Below are positions 24,293 through 37,049 of a DNA stretch of 64,000 nucleotides, piece after piece; position 1 is the first letter of the stretch; each line of letters begins with the position of its first letter. The stretch comes from Oopsacas minuta (lineage: Eukaryota > Animalia > Porifera). The stretch lies in the NCBI GenBank assembly GCA_024704765.1, contig JAKMXF010000315.1:145445-209444 (forward strand). The letters are read 5' to 3'. Position numbers and translations under genes: made by a program. The notes under the pieces are model-generated. The model saw nothing but the letters and a program-made list of their open reading frames with translations, ran no database searches and had not been told where the DNA came from.

Positions 24293-24869
24293 ACCTATTC
24301 AATTTCTTTTGATTGCCTTTCAGATTCCCATATTCCGAATGAAGATCTACATATTCAATAGCTCCTAGAAAATTGATTCACTAGTGGATAATGTTCCCCG
24401 AACACTATTGCCTAAGTGGATATGGAGGAAACTATTCACTAGAGGGGGCCATAATCCCTAAGGAATGATGTTTGGGGAACATTATACACTGGGAAGTCAT
24501 GCACGGGGGGACAATATTCCTTATTGAATAATGTTAGGAACTGTAGTCTTTGTGACACAGACGAAAAGGTCTTAAATATTTGATCTGGAGAAAAGATGAA
24601 TTCGAGTCAGACCAAATTTTTCTGATAAATTAGATCAGGTCTGTGCATAAAGAAGACAGGACAATTATTTCATGACATACCTCTAAAAAAGAATAAGTTT
24701 ATGAACCAGGGAACGAAATTTCTATAAGTCAAGTCAGTGAGCCAATTCACAACCATCAATGAATTTGTCAAAAAGGTAGAGCAAGCTACCGACATATGCT
24801 GAAATAACTGTATCACATCGAAATTTCGAATAACTCGAAAAGACTTTGTTAATGTATCTGGAGAATCTG

Positions 24870-25010
24870 ATAAAAATGCGTAAACTGAGTTTCGAGTTCT
24901 AATTGCAAGCTAAAAACTGAAGGTAAGCCGGAACTATGATGTAGCAAATAAATATTTTGGAAATACATTTTTGTTACAGTTAAGAATCATAATACAATGT
25001 ACCTATTCTG
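24870..25010. repeat. Dispersed repeat, with an inverted copy at 34570-34720 and a partial copy at 52625-52680
   Basis: aaactgagtttcgagttcta...agcaaa..tattttgga..ttaagaatcataatacaatg aligns with the reverse complement of 34570-34720. The 52625-52680 segment matches a stretch of that reverse complement. Confidence 0.6.
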
Positions 25011-25396
25011 ACTATATAAATAATTATTTATGAAAATATTTTGTATTTTTTGAAATTAGCTATTAAATCGACATAATGAATTAAATCATGGCATATGATA
25101 TACACTGCTTGCTAAGCAAGGAATTGCCAAAATAAGTTCCAGGTCATTGATTATATTCTCTTTTATCATGAAGAATTGGAGTTCTCATTACAAATTCAAC
25201 TTGATATAGGTTACAGCATACTGTGGAGACATCCAGAATACTTTTGAATCTGCTTCCCAAGATATTTTAATCACAATGACGCAATCAAAGCTCGCCTTCA
25301 ATAATGGTAATGATTCTAGTAATAAACACCAATATTATCGAAAAACCCACAAATGTCATGAAATGAATCATGATTCATATTAAATTAACACATATA

Positions 25397-26708
25397 TCAG
25401 GTTGTCCAAAAAGTTCGCGGAATTGCAAATATATTGTATTTATCAATGATCATACTCAACTAATTATTGTTCACAGTTTCAATAAATTCACCCTTAACTT
25501 CGATACATTTCTTCCATTTGATGGGAGTTTATTTATTCCTGTGGTGACGAATTCTTTCAGGGGTACCTTGAATCCATGAATTTACAGCGCACCCAGGGTG
25601 CTCAAAATCGCTGAAACGTTTACCTCTAAGTGGTCTTTTCATTTCTGAAAAAAGCCAATAGTCGCTGGGCGCTAGATCTGGGCTGTATGGGGGATGTGGG
25701 AGTAATTCGAACCCTAAATGTTGAATTACATCCAAAGTTCGCCTGCTGGTATGGGCTGGAGCATTATCATGCTGAAGCAAAACATGAGAACTCAACTTGC
25801 CACGCCTCTTAGACTTGATAGCTTCGCGCAAATTCTTCAGAACTTGGACATAGTATTCAGTGTTTATTGTTAGTTTGTTAGGTAACCAATTAATCATGAT
25901 TATTCCCTTTGTGTCCCAAAAAACTGTTGCCATCCGTTTACCTACTGATGCGACGGCTCTGGGTCTAATAGGAGTTGCTTCATGCCTACGCTTCCATTGA
26001 CTCGCCTGTAAACTTGTCTTAGGCTCATAAAAATGTAACCAAGTCTCGTCCCCTGTGACTAAACGATCAAAGAACCTTGGTTCCTTCTTAGAAATCCGTA
26101 AGAGCTGGCGGCAAACACGAACCCTTTCAATCCTTTGAGATTCAGATAACAATTTGGGAACCTAACGAGAAAGAACTCTCGACATTCCCAATTGTTCTGT
26201 TAGAATCTTATCAAGTATTGATTTTGACATCCCTAATTCTTCCTCTAACTGCCGCAGAGTCACACGTCTATGTTTACCTAGAATGTTTGATATAATTTTG
26301 ATATTTTCTTGGTTGGAACATGTTTTCGGACGACCAGGTCTTGGGTTATCATCAACAATTGAATGCTTATCATTAAATCTGTCAATCCATTTGTAAACCA
26401 TCGATTTACCAGGGCATTTACTACCATAAACCTTTTCCATCTCGTAGAGAATCTCGCTTCCACTTTTATTTTGTTTCCAGAGAAACCAAATGATATATCG
26501 TTTCCCATCTTCTGAGTTTTCCATTTTAGAAAAAAATACGACAATCGTAAATGATGCTAAAAGAATACCTAAACCAAACTTTTTGATTACAAAAGTTAGG
26601 ATAATTGAGATAAGGGATATTAGAATTAATCGAAACAATAGGCTAATTGATAGAGTGTATATAACACAAACTAGGGATAAAATTCCGGAAACTTTTTGGA
26701 CAACCCAG
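25397..26708 (-). mobile_element. Mariner (DD34D) element, 1312 bp
   Basis: TA flanks at 25395-96 and 26709-10. TIRs are tcaggttgtccaaaaagttcgcggaatt and, on the minus strand, ctgggttgtccaaaaagtttccggaatt. Confidence 0.9.
25460..26524 (-). pseudogene. Mariner transposase with an in-frame TAG at the WVP(H/K)(E/L)L tryptophan and C-terminal frameshifts
   Basis: Reads MENSEDGKRYII...PGRP...SR*VPKLL...VTGDETW...LQHDNAPAH...YSPDLAPSDY. The tail LPSKWKKCIEVKGEFIE is in shifted frames. Confidence 0.9.
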
Positions 26709-27439
26709 TACACAATAGAAAGACCCTATTAACTAAACTTATAAAACTGGATAACTATTATGGCTTATTGTATGTTCGTATACATTTTTGATGGAATTTC
26801 TTCGAATTTCTAGGATTGCTATTTAATGTTGTTCTTAAGGAAAATATCACTAAATGAATTATTTAACGAGTGTTTAAGAACATGAAGGTCATCTCTTGAT
26901 ACTTAAACTAACATTTCACAAATAGAAGGTATTTTGATAAAAAGGATTAGTTTAAGTTTAGAGAATTTAAGAAAAAATTTAGAAAAATGAAAAAATTACC
27001 AAACATGTGCATGAACTTTGATTGCGTCATTATAGATAAAATAACTTGGAAAGCAGGTTTAAAAGTACCCAGATGTCTCCGCCGTATGTGGAATCCTATT
27101 CACAGTTAAATTTGTAATGATAACAGCAATCCCTCATGATCAGACAGAATATAATCAATGGTTTGGAAATAATTTTCGTAATTCTTTGCTTAGCTAGCAG
27201 TGTATATAGTAGGCCATGATTCACTCATTGTATTGGAAATGTCACTAGGTTTCCATTTGAGATATCTACAATTTTGCGTAGGTGAGTCACTTGTTGAAAT
27301 TACAAATTTCTATTCTAGAGTCAGATTGCTGGGTCGCTATGGAAAATATCTTTTAATATGGTTAAAGTGACCAATAAATTGTGGGATATCTGATGCTGAG
27401 TAAGAATCTGGTAGTTCAAAGCTGATCCAAAGAATATTT

Positions 27440-27625
27440 GCAAAGGTGGGCCCCTGGAGGATGTATTTGCGAATTAGCAGAGAGTTGCTAATTAAATACA
27501 AGATGGAATAAAAAATGTATCCGTCCGAGGTAGTTCCTTCCTAATATCATTGAAGAGCCTCGCAAGAACAAGTGTGCCAATTTTCATGCATTTATCCAGA
27601 ATAAAATACATTAGACACCTAATAA
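27440..27625 (-). repeat. Degenerate RT-like dispersed repeat, homologous to 34195-34430
   Basis: The two segments align directly (gagcctcgcaaga..caattttcatgcatttatcca versus gagccttgcaaga..caattttcatacatttatcca). The minus frame in both reads DKCMKI....LARL.N.I..GT, weakly like the start of a non-LTR RT domain. Confidence 0.35.
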
Positions 27626-29421
27626 GAAATGTAACAACATTCCATTTAAATTTGTCTTAACCCCTTTGAATGGGGAATCTGGGCCTAGCTCGAGCAAGTT
27701 CGAGACTTGGACGAAAATTTCATGCAAATGAATTATGACGTCATTGCACCCTTTTGAATTTTAGAAAAATCAAATTATTAACCATTGCTCAGCCAATATG
27801 CACGCTAGGAGATTTAAATTTGAATCAAAGGTACCCCTCAATGTGACAAATGTCCTGGCGTTATGATTTTGATGAAAAGATGACCCATCATGGATCATTT
27901 TATCATAAGGAATGTACCAAAAATATATAATGGCACGAAGTGCCACGATCACTAACCAAGAACGATATAGCACGTCCAGGATCCCCACAGAAGGCCATCG
28001 AATGAAATTTTGATTATGCATGGATCGTAAAATTCTAAAATTCTATTATCCATCAAAGCGAAGTGTATATGTTCGATACTGAATCCAACCTTAGACACTA
28101 AGCTGCGCACAACGACCAATCAATCCAAGTGCGCTAGTTATCGTAAATTTTGTTTTTCTACATTGACCTTCTAGGTCCGTAAGTTTCTTAGTTGTCTTAC
28201 ATTTTGAATGAATAGAGGATGCTATCGTTTGTATTGTTAATAATACATGGTTATGAACATATTATGTAAATCTCAGTTACTTGTCCAAAATTTATAGTAA
28301 AAATTCCAGAAAAAATACATTTAATTATACTATTACTTAAATCATATGATTAAATGATGACAAATAACTCGTTTGCATGTTACTATACGTTAGTCAATAA
28401 GTGGAAAGTTTGTCGATTGTCTCAAACTATCACTTACCGAGATCTAAATATTACGAAAATAAAATGAATCTATAGCAATGTATTGCAATCGAATTCGGTT
28501 TTTCTAACTATTCATTAGCAAGAAAATATCCTATCTCTAAAGAATGTGTGACTTATATACGAATACTTCGGTATATTCTTACTATAGATAATACCTATAG
28601 TAAGTTTATAAGGATGGAAATGTATGTAAGCACACGTACCAAATTCTGAAAAATTTGTTAGTTAGATGTCCAGTCTGGTGGTGCACTTAAATGATCTGGG
28701 ACTTTTTGGTCTTAGAAAGATTTCAGGTAAATTTTTATACTAGGTTGTGTCAACTATCATAATATTCAATATTATTGGCCCGACTTTACTTCATGTTTTA
28801 TCTTCAACTCTGATGTTCATACTTCTTCCCTGTCTCTATATTGAAACGAAACTCTAACAGCAATATGAAATATGTTCCAAAAGGTGTGAAAATATGAATA
28901 ATTAATGATAAGACAGACGTCAGATATAGATTTGTAAATAAGTATCAAAATATTAATCAGAATAACGGATGAATCCTGTTATGAATTAAAATGGTAGTTC
29001 TGATAAAACAGTTTCAATAGACGCACTTGCATCATAGAAGAAATTCTACAGATAAATACAACCAAACATCTTTGATGTTCTGTTTGTATGTTTGATAAAT
29101 ACATTACAAGAAACTGATCTTAAGAAGTGTACAGTCTTCGCTATATATTAATACGATATTTATTTTAGAAAGAAAGATTATTACGAAGTCAAGTTTTGTT
29201 TGTTTGTGATTTATTTTATTCACACCACTGACAAAATACATGTAATCTAAATTTTATATATACTACATATAGTCCAATTATACGATGTTCAGTTCACTAT
29301 CCAGTCCAGGAATGTCCAGGAATCTTTCAGTAATAATTGAAAATGTTCAGGATTATCACGTAAATCTTCTGGTGCTCTATTCGGAGTGCTAGATTTCGTA
29401 GGGCTATTCTGAATGACTTAC

Positions 29422-29488
29422 TTGCGTACGTAGGTCAGGATGTTCCACATCGTCCATACCATTAGAGCATCTCGCTAAAGGAGATGCA
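29422..29488 (-). other. Candidate internal exon of a minus-strand host gene
   Basis: It has a pyrimidine-rich acceptor cttatctgttttAG and a donor caa|GTAAGT. It is open as ASPLARCSNGMDDVEHPDLRTQ. No homology was recognised. Confidence 0.25.
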
Positions 29489-30084
29489 CTAAAACAGATA
29501 AGGAATATTAAACTGAAGTAGGAAAAATCAGTTTCTACTGTACTAACAAACAGAAGCTACCATCAGTATTCATACAAATTATATAAAAAATATCAAGAAA
29601 GCTGACAGACCTGGGAGCAATGGCGGAGCAAGACCGCAGCCCCAGATGGGCTTAAAGGCGTGAGATTATCTTTATAAAGGTGGACTTAGCTAGCTTTTCT
29701 GTTTCGTAGTACACATAGAGTGAATGCCAGTCATAAGAATCATAACTCGATTTACCAAATCTTTTGTAACTTGCTCCATTGAATTTTCCGGATGTTAGAA
29801 AATTCCATTCCGGTTACAAGAACATGCTGGTTATAAGAAACATCTTCAGAAAACGGTTCTCAAATACTCCTGAATATTTTATGCAGGTTATAAGACCAGG
29901 TTCTTATATACGACATCAACTGTTCTCACAATATAATACAATGTGAGACAATCTTCAATCCTTTTCTTTATTGATTGATTATTATACCTCATTTAACCTC
30001 TCCTATTAAAAACTCCATTACAACTTCATTATAAGTATACACGTATACGTATTTAGCTGAAATTAATGCGAAATATTACACCCT

Positions 30085-30682
30085 ATGAAGTCAGAGAAAC
30101 GAAAACGTGCTACCATCTCGATCTAAAACAAAGTTGGGCGTGATACGAACTGTCGCGAGTGTGGCTGACAAATATAGCGTTTCTAGGCGGTCAGTTAGTA
30201 AGATAAGGAAAAGAAGAGTAAAAATGGCGAAATTATTTTCTGATGAGCAAAAAGTAGGCTCGAAAAGGGTGAGGTTATCCAAGGAAATTGATATTGATGA
30301 AGCTCTTTATTAGGAAGAAGGGGGATACAGGGTGCTCGTATTTCGGGCCCAATGCTTATTGAGAAAGCAAGTCAACTCCCAGCTGAAATGATTACAGAGG
30401 TGGAAATGTGGCATAGCATCATTTTACAGAAACAACAGGGAGAAATCAAGAGGCGTATACTTGCGCTACTGAAACTTGGGCTGAGTTCGTAGTGCCCAAA
30501 CTACGAGAGTATTTCAACCAGATATTTCCAATGTAGTGAGACTAAGCTTTACTTTCAAGGGTCCCCAGAGCGTGAACATAGCTTGAAAATGATCAACAAT
30601 GTGGTGAGAAGAAAACTAAAGAGGATAACTGTTCTTGTTTGTGCTAATAGGAATGGAGAGGAAAAATGTCCATCATTGATTG
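30085..30682 (+). pseudogene. Tigger/CENP-B-like transposase, 5' half
   Basis: Reads MKSEKRKRATI..KLGVIRTV..VADKYSVSRRSVSKI (psq HTH), DIDEALY, ISGPMLIEKA (CENP-B HTH), and RITVLVCANRNGEEKCPSLI. Confidence 0.8.
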
Positions 30683-32883
30683 CACAGGCCTACACGTTTT
30701 AGTTGTATTGATTTTGTCAACTGATATATACTAATTCTGTGTTGCTGATTCCGATTATTTAGTCACTTTCTCCCTAATACGTCAAGCTATCTCACAATCC
30801 CATTACTACATTTATAGAACAAAATTGGTTTCAACCCTTATATGTTAGATTGGATCAATTAAATTTCTGAAAATATCAATATCTCATACACTAAGAATAG
30901 CGATATAATTGTTACTAATATGAATGGAAGAAAGTGATACTATAAACATGTAATATGAACACTATTCAATCTAAAAACTTTCTCTTGTTTGACTTTCTTG
31001 AATGTTGTTCGTTAGGACAATCTCTCTTTAGGCACCAACAGTAATCTAGCATCATATGTGTGCCCCCAACTTCCTTGATATCGCTATTCCATCACTTTTA
31101 TGTCTTGATGGAATCGTTCACCTTGTTCTTCACTCATATCACCTTGAGTATCCGGAAATCTATCAAGATGGTTTCTCAAATAATGAATTTTAATACTCAT
31201 ATTACAGTCAGGAGCATGATAGCTGTCGACTAACTCTGTGACTAGTTCTTTGTAGTTGGATGCCTTTTTATCACCAAGGAAATTAGATAAAGCCTGCCAC
31301 GCTCTCTTCTCTTCCTCGTTCATTGAATCTTTGAAGCTGTTGTCCCAAAGTAACTTGCGAATCTGTGGACCTTCAAATATCCCTGCCTTTTTCCTCTCTT
31401 CACTGATTTCTGGAAAATAATTTCGGATATACTTGAAAAAATGTCTTTAGCCAGTGCTTTGATGAATTGCTTCATTAAACCAAGCTTAATGTGGAGAGGA
31501 GGTAGAATTATTTATTTGTATGTACCAGAGGGTTATTTGTTACATTTTTGTCCCCAACTTTCAAACATTCTCTCGGAGGTCACTTTTCCCTTATCCAATG
31601 CTGGTTCATATCTCTACTGTTCCAATAACAAAGAAAACAGGGGTACTTAGTGAACCCAGATTGTTGTCCTAATAGAAAGTTGACCATTTTGAGATCACCA
31701 CAGATTACCAAATCATGTGCAGAGTAGTTAATATTCTCTAATATCTCTTTCACATTATTGTACTCTTCTTTGAGTTTAACTAAATATCCTATAGGAATTG
31801 ACAGATATATGTCGATTATGGAGTAGTACACATTTCAGACTCCTTTTGGAGTTTTCAATAAACAGCCTCCAGTCACTTGGATTGTAGTTCGGAACTCCCA
31901 TTGCCAGTAGAAGACCCTCAACATTTGGACAAAACACCAAACCATTCTTTTCGCAGAAATACTGCTGAAACTCTTGCTCCCTGTAACGATATAATGTTAC
32001 CTTTGTTCCTTAATGGAGTAGATTCTTTTCTTTCAATATAGATGCAAGCAACTCAGAAGATTCTTTCGAGAGGTCAAGGTCACAAATTAAATCATTCAAT
32101 TCCGCTTGATTAAATAGAGAAGGCTCCGAGGAAGGACCTTGAAAATCAACATCATATCCACAGTCATGTTCATTGACTTCCGATTTGGCATCATCTTCAT
32201 CATGATAGAGTTCGAGAAACTCTGTAAATATTGGTACAGGTATATTACTACAATGAGGGACTGGTCGAATAGCAGATTCTAAATTTGGGAAATTCAGCAG
32301 GTGTTTGTTACTCTTTTTGCAACCCATAACATTTACCATGCAGAAATAACAATCATCGAAATGATTTTTTGATTCTATCCAAATCATAGGAATTCCGAAA
32401 GGGAGGTGTTTCTCTTTACCCTTACTCCAAGACCTCAATAATTCTACACAAGATTTACAGACCTTATGAGGTGCCCAACTTTTGTCCTGGTCGCCCAGCT
32501 TAACTTTGAAATACGCATGGTAAGCTCTATCCACAAAATAAGTAATATTCTGCATCTGAGGTTCCGGAGTATAGAAACCACAAATATAACAAAAAGTGTC
32601 TGGAGAATTAAAACACTTTCATTTCGACATATCAACAAAAAAGTACAACAGACTAGTTAAAAACCAATAAGCAAATAAGACTATTTGAATATATATACTA
32701 TGTACATAATGTTATTGTTGTAATATGTAACCATGATGAATTTTTGGCAAAAATCGAAATTTTTCTGAAAATGTAGCTTTATAGTTGTGAAAAAACCTGA
32801 CGTGATAAGAAAGAACCTAAATTAGTCTAAATCAGTGATCAAAATATAAAAAACTGCAATATAACATTATTTATAGGCCTGTG
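30683..32883 (-). mobile_element. Third Chapaev3-type element, 2201 bp, decayed
   Basis: TIR cacaggccta at both ends (from 30683; to 32883). The flanks are ttg / tta, a TTA TSD with one mutation. Removing the element restores the Tigger frame S-L-I-I-G-K. Confidence 0.85.
30966..32630 (-). pseudogene. Chapaev3-type transposase, fragmented
   Basis: Motifs: SPDTFCYICG, WAPHKVCKSC, NHFDDCYFC, ICGDLKMVNFLLGQQSGFTKYPCFLC, PPLHIKLG, SEEQGERFHQ. Confidence 0.9.
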
Positions 32884-33620
32884 TTATTGGCAAAACAAAT
32901 CCAGAGGGTTCCCCAATGATCCCTCAAAATTGCCAGTGAATTATAGAAATTCAAAAACGCTTGGATGACAGGAGAAATTTTCAAGGAGTGGCTTGAAGTT
33001 TGCGATAGATAGCCTAGATTAAATAGAGGCATATCTTCTTACAGGTTGATAATTGCACAGCCCATCACAAAGAAGTAAAAGTAGAAAATATCAATCTCCA
33101 CTTTCCACAACCCAATAAGATTTCATTAATACAACCGATGGATATGGATGGATACACAATCTTACTACAGAAGCAAATTGAATAACAGAGTACCCTCTAT
33201 GCTGATGGAATTGCAACTGTCTTTGGTGCATGGAATTTTGTGAAACCTTCGACAATAATTAATTGCTTCAGAAAGAGAGGGATGGTAGTATAAATAGTAA
33301 TATCAACGAAGATCAAGCGGTTGAAGAAGATGTCCCTATACTATTGTCAATGACAGTTGATGATAAGGAACTTTCTGGAGTCAGATAGAGGCATAAGAAA
33401 TTTAATAGATGTGATAGATTCTGACACAGATGAGAATGAAGTTATTCAGTCAATGAAAGGAAGACCGAAACTCAAAGAGGGGGCTAGAGTCACGAATTAC
33501 AGCCAGAAAGTATGCTCAACATTTAGGGCAAGATGAGAATATCCCACTTTGTGAAGTTGAAGATATTTAAAAGTTGATATTATTGAGGACAAAAAACAAT
33601 CGAGTATGGATGAGTTTCCC
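32884..33620 (+). pseudogene. Tigger transposase, 3' half
   Basis: Across frameshifts it reads NPRGFPNDPSKLPVNY..NAWMTGEIFKEWL, QVDNCTAH (D) and SLIQPMD (D). Confidence 0.8.
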
Positions 33621-35294
33621 CAAAAACTGATACATTTGCTATTAGCACATACGTAAAATTAGGTTATTGTAGTACGTACATAATATTTGTCGTATGCACT
33701 ACTGAAACTTATAGATATTCTAATACAAGTACACCTCTCTAAATAACTGTTTAGATTTTTAGTAAGTACAATTATGTTCCTTATGTTCTCATAACTGGCA
33801 TTCCGATTATAAGAACAAGCAGGATATAAGAACATTAAGACTAATTCCGATGATGTTCATATAATCTGCATCCACTGCAACAATCATAATAAGTTTGTAA
33901 AATGCACCTTATATGAAATATAGATAATAGTTCAATGAGATCAATAATTATTCAAGGCAAAGTAAATATCTGTGCGGGATTCGCTTGTTCGAGCTGCAGG
34001 GCTTGGAACATCACGTGGCCGCATATGCTCAGCATTATGTAATCGTACGCTCCAAATAGATAAATGTCCTATACCGACCTTAGTTGATGGGACTTAGAGA
34101 ATCTTCAATGAGGACTAGTCCATCTAGCCGCCACTTCCTAGGAGGTCTATATAGACAAACATAATTTAAAGAAAATTCTGATATTGCTCTAATTAGACTA
34201 AGCTCGCCAAGAAGAGGTCACTCGATGGGTTTAGGAAAAATATTGAAAGTGGAATGTTATTAAATTTCTTAGTCATATTCCTAAGTTGATATGGAAAAAT
34301 ATCTCCAAGTGTTTCGGAAGTAGTACCCTCACTAATATTGTTCAGGAGCCTTGCAAGATAAAATATGGCAATTTTCATACATTTATCCACAATTATGAGC
34401 ACAAGGCACCAGACTAGAAGAGAAATTTGTAATCTTGACAAATCACTCACAAGCAAAAATGTGAAACTAGCAAATAGAAGCCCAATGACATTTCCTTTAG
34501 AATGAATTAATTATCTCGATAAACAGTTATTTTTCAAAAAAATTTAAATAAATAACAGGTTATAATAAGGATAAATTCATTGTATTATGATTCTTAACAG
34601 TAGCAAAATGAATGTCCAAAATATAAACTTTGCTACTTTATAGTTCTGGTTTACTTTTAGAGTTGGTTTCAGCTTCAGTTTTAGCTAACAGTTAGAACTC
34701 GAAACTCAGTTTACAGATGTTTTTCTGATTCCCCATAAGTAAAAACTTAAGTATAGCAGTTTACAAAATACTTTTCGAATTAGTCAAATTAAGGTTTTTT
34801 GTTTCTAAATTTTCACAGAAGTAGAAACAATAGGATGATGGAGGTGAAAATGCCTTGTTGGAGTTCCCCATTTATAAGAAAGGGTAAATACTGAAATTAT
34901 GAAAAGTGGGGGGCTAAGAACGCCACTGCATGGGATCTCAGGGATTAAATATCTTTCTACAAAAATATCATAAATTGTCATAATCAAGCATATGCAACAG
35001 TTATCGTAGTGACCATGGATGTCATAAGTTTGAAAATATCAACCATTAACTTGATAACATCTAATCCAGCGATTGGCAACTAATTTCACTCTTGCACACA
35101 CTATACTGAAAATACCACATTGTGTGGACCCCAGTTACCGTCTGGGGACCACCAAGTGATCTGTGTACGCCCAGGTTGGGAAACGCTGCCTTAATGTTAT
35201 GTAAACAATCTTACAGCCATATAAATATACCCTACTGACAATGCCCCAATAATACTGTTTGATTCCAGATATGAATATATGGACTTCCTGATCA

Positions 35295-36480
35295 CTCATT
35301 CCATACACTATAGATATGGTATTGAATTGCTACGCGATGCATTTGGATCAGAGATACGTCAAGTAAGTCCAAAGGAATTCTATTAGTCAAGATAATTACC
35401 AATCTTAAACTTTGACACGAATAAATGGGTTGTTTATATTTGACATTGCTCATAGTATTCATCTGGAAAGTATTTACAGATAAAAATGTGGTCACCTAAT
35501 TGCTTAGTTAGCAAATTTATCCGAAAAATATTCCAGTTTTATAACTCGAAAATAGGAAATTACTACGTTTACGGTTTCAAAATATATACCATGGGATCGA
35601 AGCATGTTGCTGTACACAAGAAAATTTATCATTATATGTTTCGACCGTTCTAGAGTTATATTAGTGACCATGGATGGCATATATTTGCCAATATTCACCA
35701 GTAACATGATAATTTTAATGCTATGGCAAAATAATCTGCAGACATTCAGTATATACACTGCTTCTTATACCCTGATAACACATTTGAAATGACATCTCTG
35801 ATGATTATGACGCTTGAAAACAACAATCCATGATATAGTTGATGACTGAATAACATCTTTTTGGAGGTTCATATTAAAAGTTCTTTCAGGGAATGGGAAA
35901 TCACGTATACGAATATACGATATATCTGTGAGATGATTTGGCCATAGTCTTGAAGGTTATCAAGTTCAAGGTGGATATTGGAAAAATATGTCACCCAGGG
36001 CAAATACTATAGCTCTCGAACGCGAGAATTTCGGATGACAAAATTGGATATGATGAATAGCAACATCCTTCGATCCCATGTTGTAAAATTTGAAAACGTA
36101 AATGTGTACATTAACCTGAATCTAGTAGTGGAGTTTTAGTATAAATGGAAAAATATTATTTCAATTTCAATTGAAATTCAAATAATCTCCATTGTCAGTT
36201 TCAATTCACGTAGACAGCATTGGGTCAGTTCCTATTTACAGAGTTTGCAAACTGGAGTATTTTGGGGGTAATGTTGCTAAGTAAGCAATCAGATTACTGA
36301 AATAGGTGACAATGTGGACTATAAGTAATGTAAAACATCGACAATATATTTACTCGGGCCAAAATGTACCATATCAAATTATAGAATTTAATATAATTCT
36401 TTTGGACCGACTTAACTTATCCTTGATCCAAGGCCAGCTATCAACACCATTACCTAAGTGTATAGAATTCTATGGGGCTT
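35295..36480. repeat. Old foldback element, ~1.2 kb palindrome with ~480-bp diverged arms
   Basis: 35295-35505 aligns with the reverse complement of 36275-36480. 35560-35740 (ccatgggatcgaagcatgttgct) aligns with the reverse complement of 35940-36110 (agcaacatccttcgatcccatg). Confidence 0.7.
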
Positions 36481-36665
36481 CCTATAGTCCATGGTTAGGC
36501 CATATAAGCTAGTGAACATGCCTTTATGATTTGAAAATATTGAAAAATCATGCATCCCTTAGATATGTTATAGTAACAAACGAAATAGAGGTGAAGAAAT
36601 TTCTAGAGAATTATTCCATAAATATTAAGATACTAATGAGGAGAAGGGAAAATATATTAACATAC

Positions 36666-37049
36666 TTGTTCCCTTAGATTCAGGTCTTCTGTTTCGAGTA
36701 CAGAATGCAAATTCTTCAAACCAGATATGGATATGTTTTTCCTAAGATTTTCAATAACTTCAATAGCATCAAGAGTAGTTAAACGTCGTGGAGAGTTGAT
36801 TAAGCTGTTATCTCTTGCCATGATAGGTATGAGGATTTCCCGGCCTCTTGTTCTCTGCCTGTTAGTGCTTTGGCATGACTCAGTCCTGGAAACTAGCGGA
36901 TAATTTCTTACACCTTGATAGTAAGAGGAATTAGTTGAAGAATTTCCGGAATAATTGGATGTGTTAGTAGTGCGGACGAAAGTAGGATCAGCAGAACTTT
37001 CTACATTTCTAAATCTTCGGGTAGCTAAATAATGAGAGCTTCGGCTCAT
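36666..37049 (-). CDS. Probable first coding exon of an unidentified host gene
   Basis: An ATG-initiated 128-codon frame in otherwise stop-rich DNA. It has a Ser/Thr/Asn-rich N-terminus, then a helical-looking segment (LDAIEVIENLRKNISISGLKNLHSVLETEDLNLREQ), and ends at the donor caa|GTATGT. It has no transposase motifs. Confidence 0.55.

Larger units (their letters stand above)
25080..27225. repeat. Old foldback/TIR element (arms ~25080-25295 and ~27020-27225) with a mariner inserted between the arms
   Basis: aatcatggcatatgatatacactgcttgctaagcaaggaatt...aatgacgcaatcaaag matches the reverse complement of ctttgattgcgtcatt...aattctttgcttagctagcagtgtatatagtaggccatgatt. Confidence 0.7.
29718..33877 (+). 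mobile_element. pogo/Tigger element split by a Chapaev3-type insertion
   Basis: Degenerate ends are (ta)gagtgaatgccagtcataagaatcat and atgttcatataatctgcatccactg. Transposase pieces lie on both sides of 30683-32883. Boundaries are approximate. Confidence 0.6.

Noticed and set aside
29310-29421. 13-nt micro-intron (gtaagtcattcag) joining two open frames on the minus strand
   Set aside because: It is shorter than any established spliceosomal intron size and has no transcript support. It is probably coincidental.
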